Virus record (IMG/VR): IMGVR_UViG_3300035180_001563
Span: 32,001-96,000 of that record
Strand: one strand, 5' to 3'
Origin: a virus
Length of the DNA: 64,000 nt
This document shows, piece by piece, positions 28,820-38,526 of this stretch. Under the pieces are notes generated by a model. It made no database searches. It was not told the DNA's origin and saw only the letters and a program-made list of their open reading frames with translations. The position numbers and the translations under genes are program-made. The stretch's first letter is position 1; each line of letters starts with the position of its first letter.

Positions 28820-30210
28820 AATTTAGTTTTAAACATTCCTGACGTACTTTTAACCACACTGTTAACAACTGATTTAATTTCTGAATTAACTATCTTCACT
28901 GCCGTGTTTTTAATAACGTTTTCGATATTGGTGGGTTGTAGTAGTGAATTAACATTTATGTTGTGTATTGGTGAATAAGATTTATTGTTTGAGGTTGCAG
29001 TTTTTACTATAGACGTAATCGACATAGTACTAGCAATTTTGCTTAAATTAGCAGATGATGTTTGTGAATTCATGGTTTTACTAACAACAGCAGCCATACT
29101 TGTTGTATTGTTTGTGGAGGATCCAATACCTGATAACCCAACACCAGCTTGAACAGGTAATGTTTGTGAATTCATGGTTTTACTAACAGCAGCAGCCATA
29201 ATTGTTGTATTGTTTGTGGAGGATCCAATACCTGATAACCCAACACCAGCTTGAGTAGATGATATGACAGCATCAGACATCTTTTTTGTTTCGGCCACGT
29301 TATTAGATACAAACGTATTTAAACTAGTAGAGTTATTTAATAGTGTTGAAGAGGTTACTGCTTGTTGAGTACTACTTGTATTATTACCAGCTGAGTTATT
29401 AGTACTTAAATCTTGTACTGGAAATCCGAGATTATATACCATCCCTGGACATATCTCACTAAGAGCTGTAAGCTCACTCGAATCTGTAGTTGATTTGTGT
29501 GGTTCAATGTACATTCCATCATATACAAACTCAAATGTGATTGAGTTTGTAGCACTTTCAGTCATATTAAGTTCATCAAAGGCAATATTCGTAATTTTAG
29601 GATTGAAAAAACTATATACATCCATATACTGATTAGCATCAAATAAGTGGAATACTTGAATTTTGCTGAATATTGATGTCATGTTTTCAATAGGGCTTCC
29701 ATTCTCATTCAGAAAAAAACCACTAAATGGACTCTGTTGTAGAGTACCAAAACTAGCAGAAGAGAAATTTGAGTCACTTGGTGCTGATCCAATTGAAAAA
29801 TCGAGGCCTGAAGAAACATTTTCATAATTGGGAGTGGTTCCAGCTGAACCACTAATATTAAATATCGGACTTAAACTTCTAACATAATGAACCAATGTTC
29901 CCATAGAATTGGATCCCTTATCATCATGAACAGACATGCTTACAGGATTGTATTTAACTTGTTTTGGAACTTGAGTTTTAAAGTTATACAAATTTACATC
30001 CTCATGCTCTATTTCTATTTTAGGGCGTTCGAATTTGTAAACCAATGATCCAATGGACTTAACACCTCCAAAATACTGTTGAAATGGTTCGTTTATATAG
30101 AATGCTACCGCAAAAAGAAATTTCGATTTGGGAGTAAACGAATCCGATATGTCTGTAGCATATGGGGTCATAAAAAGTTGAGTTTTAGATGTTTGATCTG
30201 TTGTTGCCAT
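28816..30210 (-). CDS. Tail-tube-fold baseplate/tube initiator (gp48/gp54-like) with low-complexity C-terminus
   Basis: PKSKFLF, ERPKI, KYNPVSMSVHDD, FNPKITNIAFDELN..ITFEFVYD; adjacent to the tube gene. Confidence 0.65.
   Translation of the reverse strand: MATTDQTSKTQLFMTPYATDISDSFTPKSKFLFAVAFYINEPFQQYFGGVKSIGSLVYKFERPKIEIEHEDVNLYNFKTQVPKQVKYNPVSMSVHDDKGSNSMGTLVHYVRSLSPIFNISGSAGTTPNYENVSSGLDFSIGSAPSDSNFSSASFGTLQQSPFSGFFLNENGSPIENMTSIFSKIQVFHLFDANQYMDVYSFFNPKITNIAFDELNMTESATNSITFEFVYDGMYIEPHKSTTDSSELTALSEICPGMVYNLGFPVQDLSTNNSAGNNTSSTQQAVTSSTLLNNSTSLNTFVSNNVAETKKMSDAVISSTQAGVGLSGIGSSTNNTTIMAAAVSKTMNSQTLPVQAGVGLSGIGSSTNNTTSMAAVVSKTMNSQTSSANLSKIASTMSITSIVKTATSNNKSYSPIHNINVNSLLQPTNIENVIKNTAVKIVNSEIKSVVNSVVKSTSGMFKTKL
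29058..29254. repeat. Tandem duplication, period 102 bp (34 aa), 2 copies
   Basis: QAGVGLSGIGSSTNNTT(I/S)MAA(A/V)VSKTMNSQT twice, near-identical DNA. Confidence 0.9.
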
Positions 30211-30260
30211 AATAAGGTTTATCTTATAAGTATTGATTATTTATCAATACTGTACAAAAG

Positions 30261-30290
30261 AAAAAAGACCACTCAATGAGTGGTCTTTTT
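30261..30290. terminator. Intrinsic terminator after the tail tube gene
   Basis: AAAAAGACCACTCA-A-TGAGTGGTCTTTTT. Confidence 0.8.
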
Positions 30291-30305
30291 GTTGAGTTAT
30301 GCTGA

Positions 30306-30914
30306 TTATAAACTCGAACTGCCTGTAGCGTTAGTACTCTCAATGTTGCTGGTTGTTCCATTAATTTCTTGGACAGCATGATCGTATCTTAACGTAGTAG
30401 TAATTTCTACCTTTTCATTTGCATTATAATCAAGTTCACCGTAGTTTACTTCTTTAATCCAAGCTCCTTGTAATGTCCATGTTTCGACAACACCTTGGTT
30501 ACCATCCAACATTTCAATAGTAGCAGTGAATTTATACATACTTCCAGTTGCTGTTGCTGGTAAAAATTGTCCATCGGCACCATCATCATTTGCAATAATG
30601 CGTTTTTGACCAGTTAATTGATTTTGCACTACCTGAGAAGCGGTTCCAGTTATGTCATCTTCAAATGTAACTGTGCATTCATTCCATTTATGCTTTCCAG
30701 CTACCCATGCTACTGAGTTGTAACGATGCAATTCAATTTCATCAAATGTTAACGTTGGTCTATTAAACTTAACAACTTGATAAGATAAAGGAGATGATGT
30801 TGTTCCATACATGTCCTTAAAGGTGATACGCCAGCGGTCCTTGTGTTTTGGATGAAGAATACCTGCTGGTCCAGCACCACCAATAGGAATACCAAAATCA
30901 TTAATTGTAGCCAT
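30306..30914 (-). CDS. gp19: Tail tube protein, gp19-like
   Basis: RPTLTFDEI, AGKHKWNECTVTFEDD, ETWTLQGAWI..VNYGELDY, LRYD. Confidence 0.85.
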   Translation of the reverse strand: MATINDFGIPIGGAGPAGILHPKHKDRWRITFKDMYGTTSSPLSYQVVKFNRPTLTFDEIELHRYNSVAWVAGKHKWNECTVTFEDDITGTASQVVQNQLTGQKRIIANDDGADGQFLPATATGSMYKFTATIEMLDGNQGVVETWTLQGAWIKEVNYGELDYNANEKVEITTTLRYDHAVQEINGTTSNIESTNATGSSSL

Positions 30915-30994
30915 AATTTGCTCCTGTTAAAAATCAATAAAATGTGTTTAAAGTATTTATGTGCACAACAAAGAAAAGTACGCTTTTCTTGAGT

Positions 30995-32434
30995 TTATTC
31001 ATACACGAATTTATACTTCCCACAATCCCACACCCTAATAACTCCATTATTGTTACAGTTTTGTTTCTCGCTTAGATTAGTATCAAAATGGTTGAGTCGT
31101 TTTTCTAAAAACTTCCTTCTGAAATTGAATTTATGTATTCTGTTAAGTCCATCTAGTGAATATGTGTAATCCGGTGGAATGACTTCAACAAACTTCCACC
31201 CACAACGTTCATACATCTTTCCAACACTCCAACGAGCATCAGCGAAGCTGATTACTGGAATGTTAGAATTTTTGATGTTTTTAACAAAGTGTTTAAATAA
31301 TTTGTCAAAACCTCCAATTATGGTATGAGTGGTTGCATACCTGTTAAGATAGTAACATTCATCCCTGGAAATAAAGGACATTACTGCAACAATGACATTA
31401 TCATAATGTAGTGCTAAATTTATAGAACCTGGACCATTGCCCTGGATGTGATTTTTTTCAAAAAATTCTCTCTTTTCATGTGTTGTTATCGTTTTGATGG
31501 AACATTTTCTAGCATATGTAGTTTTTTCACTCAAATTAAGTAAGTGTAATATTTTTCTTTTAACTTGGTCTTTTCTAAATAACCACTCATCCTCAAAAAT
31601 GGTAAGAAGTTGTATATTTAGATTTTTACATAAATTGTGTTTATTTGAATGATACTGTTTATCTTTGTAAACATCAGAATGCCAATACACTCCACAATAT
31701 TCTATAGCTAAATTAAATGAGGGGATGTATATATCCAATTCTAATGGAGAAATAATAGATCTTGTATTTGTTTTAAACTGTATATTGTGTTCAATTAAAA
31801 ATTCAGCAATTTCTTTTTCTCCACTACTTCTTGAAAAATTCTTAATTTCAATATTGTGCCTTTTCATATATGTTGACACAATACTGACATCTACTCCAAC
31901 TATCGCGGCGATCTCTGTTAGTGTCCTTTGTTGAGTGTGATGTGTTAGATACAACCATGAAGCATCATTAAGTAAGTCAATTTGTTTTCCTTGTTGCCAT
32001 GGATAGTTAACTCCATATCGGAGTGTGGACGTTTTACATTTTTTTTGTTTTATTATTTTTGTTTTAGATGGGTTAGAAACTCCCCAATTAACAAAACTTG
32101 TTTGTTCTTTTTTGAATTTTACCTCATCAGAATTGTTTGAACATTTTAAGGAACAATAATCATGATATGAATTTCGTTTTTTCCCATCATTTATAAATCT
32201 AACTGTTTGTGTCTTACATTGTTTACACATTGTCTTGGAAGTGATATTGTTAATAACACAATATAACTGTTCTCGTATGTTAGTTAAATCATTTACTATA
32301 TTACATGTAAGTTCGGTTAATACTTGTTTAATTTGAGGATTTTGATTTAATAAGATTTTATATTTTGGGTTAATTTTACCTACCTGAGTGATTACATTAA
32401 TTCGTGTTAATTCTTGTAATAATTTTACATACAT
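30995..32434 (-). CDS. Hef-like endonuclease with GNAT-like C-terminus, between sheath and tube genes
   Basis: YCSLKC, HTH, ELDIYIPSFNLAIEYCGVYWHSD, FADARWS...RVWDCG; own late motif at 32459-32465. Confidence 0.8.
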   Translation of the reverse strand: MYVKLLQELTRINVITQVGKINPKYKILLNQNPQIKQVLTELTCNIVNDLTNIREQLYCVINNITSKTMCKQCKTQTVRFINDGKKRNSYHDYCSLKCSNNSDEVKFKKEQTSFVNWGVSNPSKTKIIKQKKCKTSTLRYGVNYPWQQGKQIDLLNDASWLYLTHHTQQRTLTEIAAIVGVDVSIVSTYMKRHNIEIKNFSRSSGEKEIAEFLIEHNIQFKTNTRSIISPLELDIYIPSFNLAIEYCGVYWHSDVYKDKQYHSNKHNLCKNLNIQLLTIFEDEWLFRKDQVKRKILHLLNLSEKTTYARKCSIKTITTHEKREFFEKNHIQGNGPGSINLALHYDNVIVAVMSFISRDECYYLNRYATTHTIIGGFDKLFKHFVKNIKNSNIPVISFADARWSVGKMYERCGWKFVEVIPPDYTYSLDGLNRIHKFNFRRKFLEKRLNHFDTNLSEKQNCNNNGVIRVWDCGKYKFVYE

Positions 32435-32487
32435 AAGTTCTCCGTATTTTAACAGAGGTATTTATGATGATCGTATTAATTGAAAAT

Positions 32488-32512
32488 AAAAAGGGGTCCG
32501 AAGACCCCTTTT
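32488..32512 (-). terminator. Intrinsic terminator after the tail sheath gene (cUUCGg loop)
   Basis: GGGGTC-TTCG-GACCCC-TTTTT on the minus strand. Confidence 0.85.
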
Positions 32513-32534
32513 GATAATATCACGAACTGTAACA

Positions 32535-34820
32535 TTAACTCACATTAGTAAACAATGAAGCTCCCGACGGACGAATCACGATTGGAATATAAATGAATTC
32601 AATCGATTTCTCAGGTTGAACAGCAATATCAATATACAATTCATTGTTATCAATCACATCAGGTGTGTTATTAGATGTGTCACAAATTGTCGCGAAGTCG
32701 TATAAACCACGCTTGACCATGATTTTGTGTAAGAAACCATCAACCATAGCTTTCACGTTGCCTCGTGTAATTGAATCATTTGGTTCAAATAAGAACGGAA
32801 CAGTACTCTTGCGTAACTGTCTCCTGATATACTTCATTAAACGAGCCACGTTAACACGGTCTAACGCACTAGCAGCGCTTTGTGAAGTTTTCTGACCAAA
32901 GATAATAATTCCTCTTCCAGGTAAATTTGGAACTGGATTTATGTTTGTGAAGTTTTTGTACAGATTGTCACGTTGACCTTGGTTTAGGTTTGTTGGAACA
33001 AACGTTGTGGCAGTTCCAAGGGTGCCTGTAACATACCCAACCTGTTCGATACCAGTCACAACACCACGTGTTATTCCTGCTGGAGCAAACCAAACTTCAG
33101 ATACACTATCACTATAAGCATAAGTTTTAAGAGCTGTTCCAGACATAGCACAGTAAACCTTAGCACCATCTAAATTGGTACCTAAACAGTGTGGGTAGTA
33201 ATACGAAGTGTCATTGCTGTGTTGTCTGGTACTTGTTGTAGAATCTGCCCATAATGATACAACATCTTCAGGACTCATGTTCATTGGAGTGTCTCCAATA
33301 ACGAATGCTTCTTCATGTATAGCAAGCGACAGAGAAATCATTTCATCCACGACTTCATGATAGCCAGGACACAAGATCAAATTGTATTCATACACATCTG
33401 ATAGGAAGTCAGCATTTGGGTTATTAATTGCAGCTGCTAATGCCTGTACAATTGCAACTCTACGTGCAGCATCATTCGATCCAAGAGCAGTAGCATTTAA
33501 AAACTCAGCTGTAAACTTAAACATATCTCCTGCTGACTGAAGAATAGTTGCAACTTCAGAAGGTTGAATAACCATATTATTTGTGTTTGTAGTGTATGTA
33601 ACAACAAATGTGTTAGTAGTGAAGCCAGGTCTTAATGGAACATTAACTGTAGAAACTGACAATGTATCACCAGTAGTATATCCTGTTCCATAATCTGCAG
33701 ATGTAAACTCAACAGATATCACAGTTCCATTAATAACCGTTAAATCTGCGACAGCGCCATGACCTGTTCCTGTCAGTGTTGTTAAAGGAACATTAGGATA
33801 ATAACCATCGACGAAGCCAGCCCCGCCGTTTGTTAGATCTATTAAATTACCGCTATATATCCAATTCTGTACAAAAGTATTTAATCCAACATACCCATCA
33901 GTAGCTGGCAAAGAATAACCATTTGTGTAAACACATAAACCACTACCAGTAAATCCACCAGCACTTGAACATGTAAAGTTAGATTGATCATTTTGAAATT
34001 TACTTTCTAAATTTCTGAAAGAATACATCTTATACACAGGAGCTAGTGCAGCAGCTGCGTCAGAAAGATATTCACTGGATGTAACAGCAGTCTTGTAGTT
34101 TAGAACATTTGCAACGGTAGTAGTAAACCCAGTTCCTGTCGGAATAGATGGTGCTGTTAATACGTCACCAGTTGTATAACCAGTTCCACCAGTAACCAAA
34201 GCTATTTGAGTTACACCACCTCCTGCTGTTGTAATATTTGCAACTGCCCCAACACCAGTTCCACCAACTAGAGGAACATTAGAATAATGGCTACTTGCAT
34301 AACCGGTTCCAGGTGTAGTTGCTGATAATGCACTAACTACTCCAACACTTGTTGGTACCAATTGATTTGCTGTATTATATTCTTGAATTCTTGTTGCTGT
34401 TAACTGCTCAAGAGTAACACCTGCAGCTTGAATAGCCTTATCCCACATATTGATAATATCAGCTTGATTGTCATTTAGATTCACATCTGCTCTGACTGTA
34501 TATGCAAGATTAGCAACTCCCAAGAATTGGTTAAGAGCAAATACACCGTACTCATTACGAGTGTCTCCATGTAGTGCATTTCCTTGAGAATCTGTTAAAA
34601 ATTTTGGAATACCATAAAGTGAACTACTTTGTGATAAAGATGTGACTGCCCGAACAACGTTGTTTTCATATGTTCCGGCTGCAGGCGTTACACCATCAGG
34701 TTGTGTCTTCTGATCCGCAGTTGCAAGAAATATTAATGGAACAGTAGGAGCCGTATTTGGAATGAAAAACGATTGATCAGTAATACTTACTGAAACTCCT
34801 GGGGAAACTAAAATAGCCAT
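32535..34820 (-). CDS. gp18: Tail sheath protein, gp18-like, with inserted beta-rich domains
   Basis: LVSPGV, WFAPAGITRG, INP, FGQKT, ALDRVNVARL, FEPND..TR, CDTSNNTP. Confidence 0.92.
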   Translation of the reverse strand: MAILVSPGVSVSITDQSFFIPNTAPTVPLIFLATADQKTQPDGVTPAAGTYENNVVRAVTSLSQSSSLYGIPKFLTDSQGNALHGDTRNEYGVFALNQFLGVANLAYTVRADVNLNDNQADIINMWDKAIQAAGVTLEQLTATRIQEYNTANQLVPTSVGVVSALSATTPGTGYASSHYSNVPLVGGTGVGAVANITTAGGGVTQIALVTGGTGYTTGDVLTAPSIPTGTGFTTTVANVLNYKTAVTSSEYLSDAAAALAPVYKMYSFRNLESKFQNDQSNFTCSSAGGFTGSGLCVYTNGYSLPATDGYVGLNTFVQNWIYSGNLIDLTNGGAGFVDGYYPNVPLTTLTGTGHGAVADLTVINGTVISVEFTSADYGTGYTTGDTLSVSTVNVPLRPGFTTNTFVVTYTTNTNNMVIQPSEVATILQSAGDMFKFTAEFLNATALGSNDAARRVAIVQALAAAINNPNADFLSDVYEYNLILCPGYHEVVDEMISLSLAIHEEAFVIGDTPMNMSPEDVVSLWADSTTSTRQHSNDTSYYYPHCLGTNLDGAKVYCAMSGTALKTYAYSDSVSEVWFAPAGITRGVVTGIEQVGYVTGTLGTATTFVPTNLNQGQRDNLYKNFTNINPVPNLPGRGIIIFGQKTSQSAASALDRVNVARLMKYIRRQLRKSTVPFLFEPNDSITRGNVKAMVDGFLHKIMVKRGLYDFATICDTSNNTPDVIDNNELYIDIAVQPEKSIEFIYIPIVIRPSGASLFTNVS

Positions 34821-34993
34821 AATGGATCTCCTTAATTAAAGCATTTGTTAACTGTAATTTTTTGTATAGTTTGTGTGCAATACGGGACTACAATTATTTC
34901 AAATTGTATTTATGAAAACACCCACATATTTTGGTTTTTATACAAATATTTCTCATTAACTGTGGAGATAACCATGTGTATTAATTAGATATT

Positions 34994-35755
34994 TTAATTC
35001 ACATCAACAACATCGGCAGATGATAATAAGTCGTAATTTATATTCTGATCATTCATCTGTTGTACAATATCTGCAGAAGATACATCCAAGCTACTAACTG
35101 CACCAATACGAGCGTATATCTTCTTAATGAGTTCATTTTTGAGTTCTGAAGGTCCAGAAATCCAAATAGGCATCTCAAAATTTATAGTAGTTACAATCAT
35201 TCTACGATCAGTCCCAATTGGATAATTTTCTTCATATTGAATATTCCGTAACACTATTTTAGTTATTTTAGTCCAATCAAATGTAGAATCTGATGTTTGT
35301 AATTGTAAAATTGGATCGAATAGTAAAAATAGTTGTTCTAATATCTGATGTTGAGTGTTCACATTACTTGTGTAAATTGATAACGACATCATGATGTCAT
35401 ATGGGTTCGGCATTAATTGGTGGATTGTTTTTGCATCTTCGTGCAATAATCCACCTCTTGGGACGTATTTTACGACTCTAGTAACACCTACACCCTTATG
35501 TCTATGCATTGCATAACCTATTTCATCAATATGACAACTCATCACTGGTAATCTCAATGGCTTGTTTTGTGTATTGTCACTTAGAATGGCTGATACTACT
35601 CTATCACGACTACCGTATTGAATAGGAACGATTATATCCTTTTCTGTCCCATCTGCCCTCTTGCCAGTCTTAACCACCATACCACTAAAAACGTTCATAA
35701 ATTGAACTATGTAATTTGCAATCTGGTGATCAAAATAATATGTATCAATTGTCAT
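34994..35755 (-). CDS. gp15: Tail terminator / sheath stabilizer, gp15-like
   Basis: YYFDHQI, VPIQYG, RLPVMS, PNPYDI, QILEQL..FDP. Confidence 0.8.
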   Translation of the reverse strand: MTIDTYYFDHQIANYIVQFMNVFSGMVVKTGKRADGTEKDIIVPIQYGSRDRVVSAILSDNTQNKPLRLPVMSCHIDEIGYAMHRHKGVGVTRVVKYVPRGGLLHEDAKTIHQLMPNPYDIMMSLSIYTSNVNTQHQILEQLFLLFDPILQLQTSDSTFDWTKITKIVLRNIQYEENYPIGTDRRMIVTTINFEMPIWISGPSELKNELIKKIYARIGAVSSLDVSSADIVQQMNDQNINYDLLSSADVVDVN

Positions 35756-35793
35756 ATGTTAACCTTACTGTTTTTGATATTTATATGTTCATT

Positions 35794-35820
35794 TAACCAC
35801 CATTCATTGAATGGTGGTTA
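35794..35820. repeat. 13-bp inverted repeat at the end of gp14
   Basis: TAACCACCATTCA-T-TGAATGGTGGTTA. Confidence 0.7.
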
Positions 35821-37389
35821 CTTAGTAATATCTTCACCAGGGATTCTATTTGGACTATGTAACAAATCTTGTAATAGAGGTTTTTGACGGTTGTAATAGG
35901 AACGAGTATCTTCCTCTAAGAAAATCCAACGAACTTTAACAGCACTATACTGATATAACCTTATCAAAATATTATAAGCTGGATCATACGTGAGTCGGTG
36001 ATAATCCCCATCCTTAGGATTCGTAGGAAATGACATCCCCTCAGTATAAGGTAGTCCATTTGGTGGCATACCATCATCAATATAAATTTTTGGTTGATCT
36101 CCACCATCTTGGTTAAATCTTGATAAATCTACACCATTAGCTTTTGCATTGTCAATTTCAGCTTGATTAAACTGACGAACATTAGCAGTATCTTCTCCTA
36201 ACTCAGGGACTGCTGTTTCAGCAGTGGCTGAAGCTCTTATATTTGCCACAAACGCATCAGCTTGGAAAGGTAGACCTTCAACATTAGTGAAACCATTTAG
36301 ATTAGAAGAAGGATTAAGATCTCCAATGATATCCATCGTTTCTTGACTTGCTAACATTGGTAAAGTTCCTACTCGCTGGATTGATGGTTGCCATCCAGGT
36401 GTATACCCATTTGAAGACCAGCCAACATCTGTTACTTCCAAATATTTTTTAATCAATTGCATTTTGGTATTAAATTGAGCCTCACTAGGAACCTCTATGA
36501 TGTCTCCAACCACAACAGGTCTTCCAAGTGCTGCAACAGCAGTACTAATCGCAATTTGGAATGTTATGTTCTGACTCAAACTCATGTCAATACCAAAACG
36601 AGACAAGTTGGTCAAATGATCTTGTATATCATAAAATCCTTTAATTTGAACACTCGTTGTTGAGTAGGCCCGATCTCTATTTTCAAGAAATCCCATCTCA
36701 TCTTGAACATTGCTTATATCTGTAGCAGTATAATCAATCAACTCTAAACGTTTAACTATCCAAAAATCCAATGACCCACCATTGAAGTTTATAGGTCGAA
36801 GTCTCCAATATCTTGATGCAGTTGATTGCTTAAATGACACTAATTCAACATCTGGTGAATCAGGTAAATTTATTATTGCAACCCCAAACCATGTTTGATT
36901 ATTATCAGATCTTTCTATTCGAGCACGGGTAATACGATTTTTACTTTCACACCCCTGCTGAATGCGAATTGTTGTGATGTGATGTCTAACAGCGGTTTCG
37001 ATTGAATACCGAAGTCGACCGTTATCTAACCGGATTGGACCAAAATCATACCCTATATAACTGGATAAAGTTACCAAATCTCCTCTTTGAGTTGATCTCC
37101 ATTCATTGTTATTTTTGTTGAACACATTATTTGCTGAATAATCTGAATACTCACCACTGGAAATAGGGACACCAGATCCTGTCAAATCTATTAAACTTCC
37201 CTGCTCATGTACACCCATTAATTTAAATATATTGAGAGGAGCAGATGCAATATTGATAGCTTCTGCCATTAAACTTTGAATATAACAATTAGCTGGATCA
37301 GTACTTAAGTTATATGGAGAACACACAGTTTCACTTGAAGCTGTATTGTTACAATCTGTTAGGTTTCCAACTTGTCCACAATTACTCAT
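35818..37389 (-). CDS. gp14: Neck / head-closure protein, gp14-like, with inserted F5/8-type-C-like domain
   Basis: FLENRDRAY, LSRFG, GRPVVVGDIIEVP; insert YIGYDFG...ASRYWRLRP; lies between gp13 and gp15. Confidence 0.7.
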   Translation of the reverse strand: MSNCGQVGNLTDCNNTASSETVCSPYNLSTDPANCYIQSLMAEAINIASAPLNIFKLMGVHEQGSLIDLTGSGVPISSGEYSDYSANNVFNKNNNEWRSTQRGDLVTLSSYIGYDFGPIRLDNGRLRYSIETAVRHHITTIRIQQGCESKNRITRARIERSDNNQTWFGVAIINLPDSPDVELVSFKQSTASRYWRLRPINFNGGSLDFWIVKRLELIDYTATDISNVQDEMGFLENRDRAYSTTSVQIKGFYDIQDHLTNLSRFGIDMSLSQNITFQIAISTAVAALGRPVVVGDIIEVPSEAQFNTKMQLIKKYLEVTDVGWSSNGYTPGWQPSIQRVGTLPMLASQETMDIIGDLNPSSNLNGFTNVEGLPFQADAFVANIRASATAETAVPELGEDTANVRQFNQAEIDNAKANGVDLSRFNQDGGDQPKIYIDDGMPPNGLPYTEGMSFPTNPKDGDYHRLTYDPAYNILIRLYQYSAVKVRWIFLEEDTRSYYNRQKPLLQDLLHSPNRIPGEDITK

Positions 37390-38497
37390 TATAATTTTCC
37401 TTCAACGTATCTAAGAATTCACGTTCCCATATTGTAATTAGATTATACCCTCTATCTAATATTTTTTGTTCTCGTAATAACGTGGTGTTGTATAGATACC
37501 CAAACTTCTGTTTGGTAACAGGGTTAATTTCATTTGGATCAAAAATGTCTGGATTTCCATGCCAAAAATCTCCGTGAAACTCAAAAACTGTGTTTGTTTC
37601 CGCACAATACCCATCAACTCGCCCTACTCCAGTAACCACATACTCTCCTCCCTTGAGCTTATGTTGAATATGAATTTGATTATCTTGCTCCATCTTATCA
37701 AGCCACATCACAGAAACTCGTGATACACCTGATAATTGTTCTATTGGATGTCTTTGACCAGAAATAACATTATTCGGTTTAACATACCAACAACTCCCAG
37801 ACTTTACATCAATATGATTTATCTTTGTTCTGGACGTAACGTACGGTTCTGTAATCAACAACGACGGATAGTTTACAGATAACCACTGCTTGTAAGAACT
37901 TGTATCATTAATTTTTCTAACATATTTAAATTTATTATTGGTTAATACTCGGATTGGTGATATGTAAAAAACATCATTACTTATCAAACATTTATGCTTT
38001 ATGGGTTTTGTTTTTGTCCTAAAACGTTCTAATGGTTCAATTTGAATATTGTTTTGTTTAATATATTGGACATATTCTAAATTAGTCATACGAGGACACC
38101 TAGACAATTCAGTTGGACCATGACCTTTTTTAAATTTCTCTGGAGAACACAACCATTCAACCCCAGATTCTTTGTGTCTGTGTAGAATTTTTGTATTAGT
38201 ATTTTTATACTCTCCGATTATACAAAAATCTGGTCTGTTGTGGTTAACCCACTCAACATATTGCTGATGGGATATTTTTACTGGTGATTTGTTGTTTCTG
38301 GATAATGGTGGATAAGATGTACCCATTTTAAACTTTTCTGGAGAACACAACCATTCACCCCCAGATTCCTTGTGTCTGTGTAGAATTTTTGTATTGGAAT
38401 CAATATAATACTCTAGAACCTCATAATCTGGTCTATTGAGTAAAATCCATGCTACATACTGGTCGTGAGTTATTTTTTTCATATAGTTATTGTACAA
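37382..38497 (-). CDS. Free-standing endonuclease: four N-terminal repeats plus Vsr-like nuclease
   Basis: TKILHRHKESG.EWLCSPEKFK repeats (near-identical DNA at about 38140-38198 and 38339-38397); RVDGYCAETNTVFEFHGDFWHG. Confidence 0.75.
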   Translation of the reverse strand: MYNNYMKKITHDQYVAWILLNRPDYEVLEYYIDSNTKILHRHKESGGEWLCSPEKFKMGTSYPPLSRNNKSPVKISHQQYVEWVNHNRPDFCIIGEYKNTNTKILHRHKESGVEWLCSPEKFKKGHGPTELSRCPRMTNLEYVQYIKQNNIQIEPLERFRTKTKPIKHKCLISNDVFYISPIRVLTNNKFKYVRKINDTSSYKQWLSVNYPSLLITEPYVTSRTKINHIDVKSGSCWYVKPNNVISGQRHPIEQLSGVSRVSVMWLDKMEQDNQIHIQHKLKGGEYVVTGVGRVDGYCAETNTVFEFHGDFWHGNPDIFDPNEINPVTKQKFGYLYNTTLLREQKILDRGYNLITIWEREFLDTLKENYNE

Positions 38498-38526
38498 CTT
38501 CTGGGTTTAGCATATTTATACATATA

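Noticed and set aside
29058-29254. Repeats here and at 38140-38397 as a CRISPR array
   Set aside because: Only two copies each, in-frame coding, no repeat-spacer structure or cas genes
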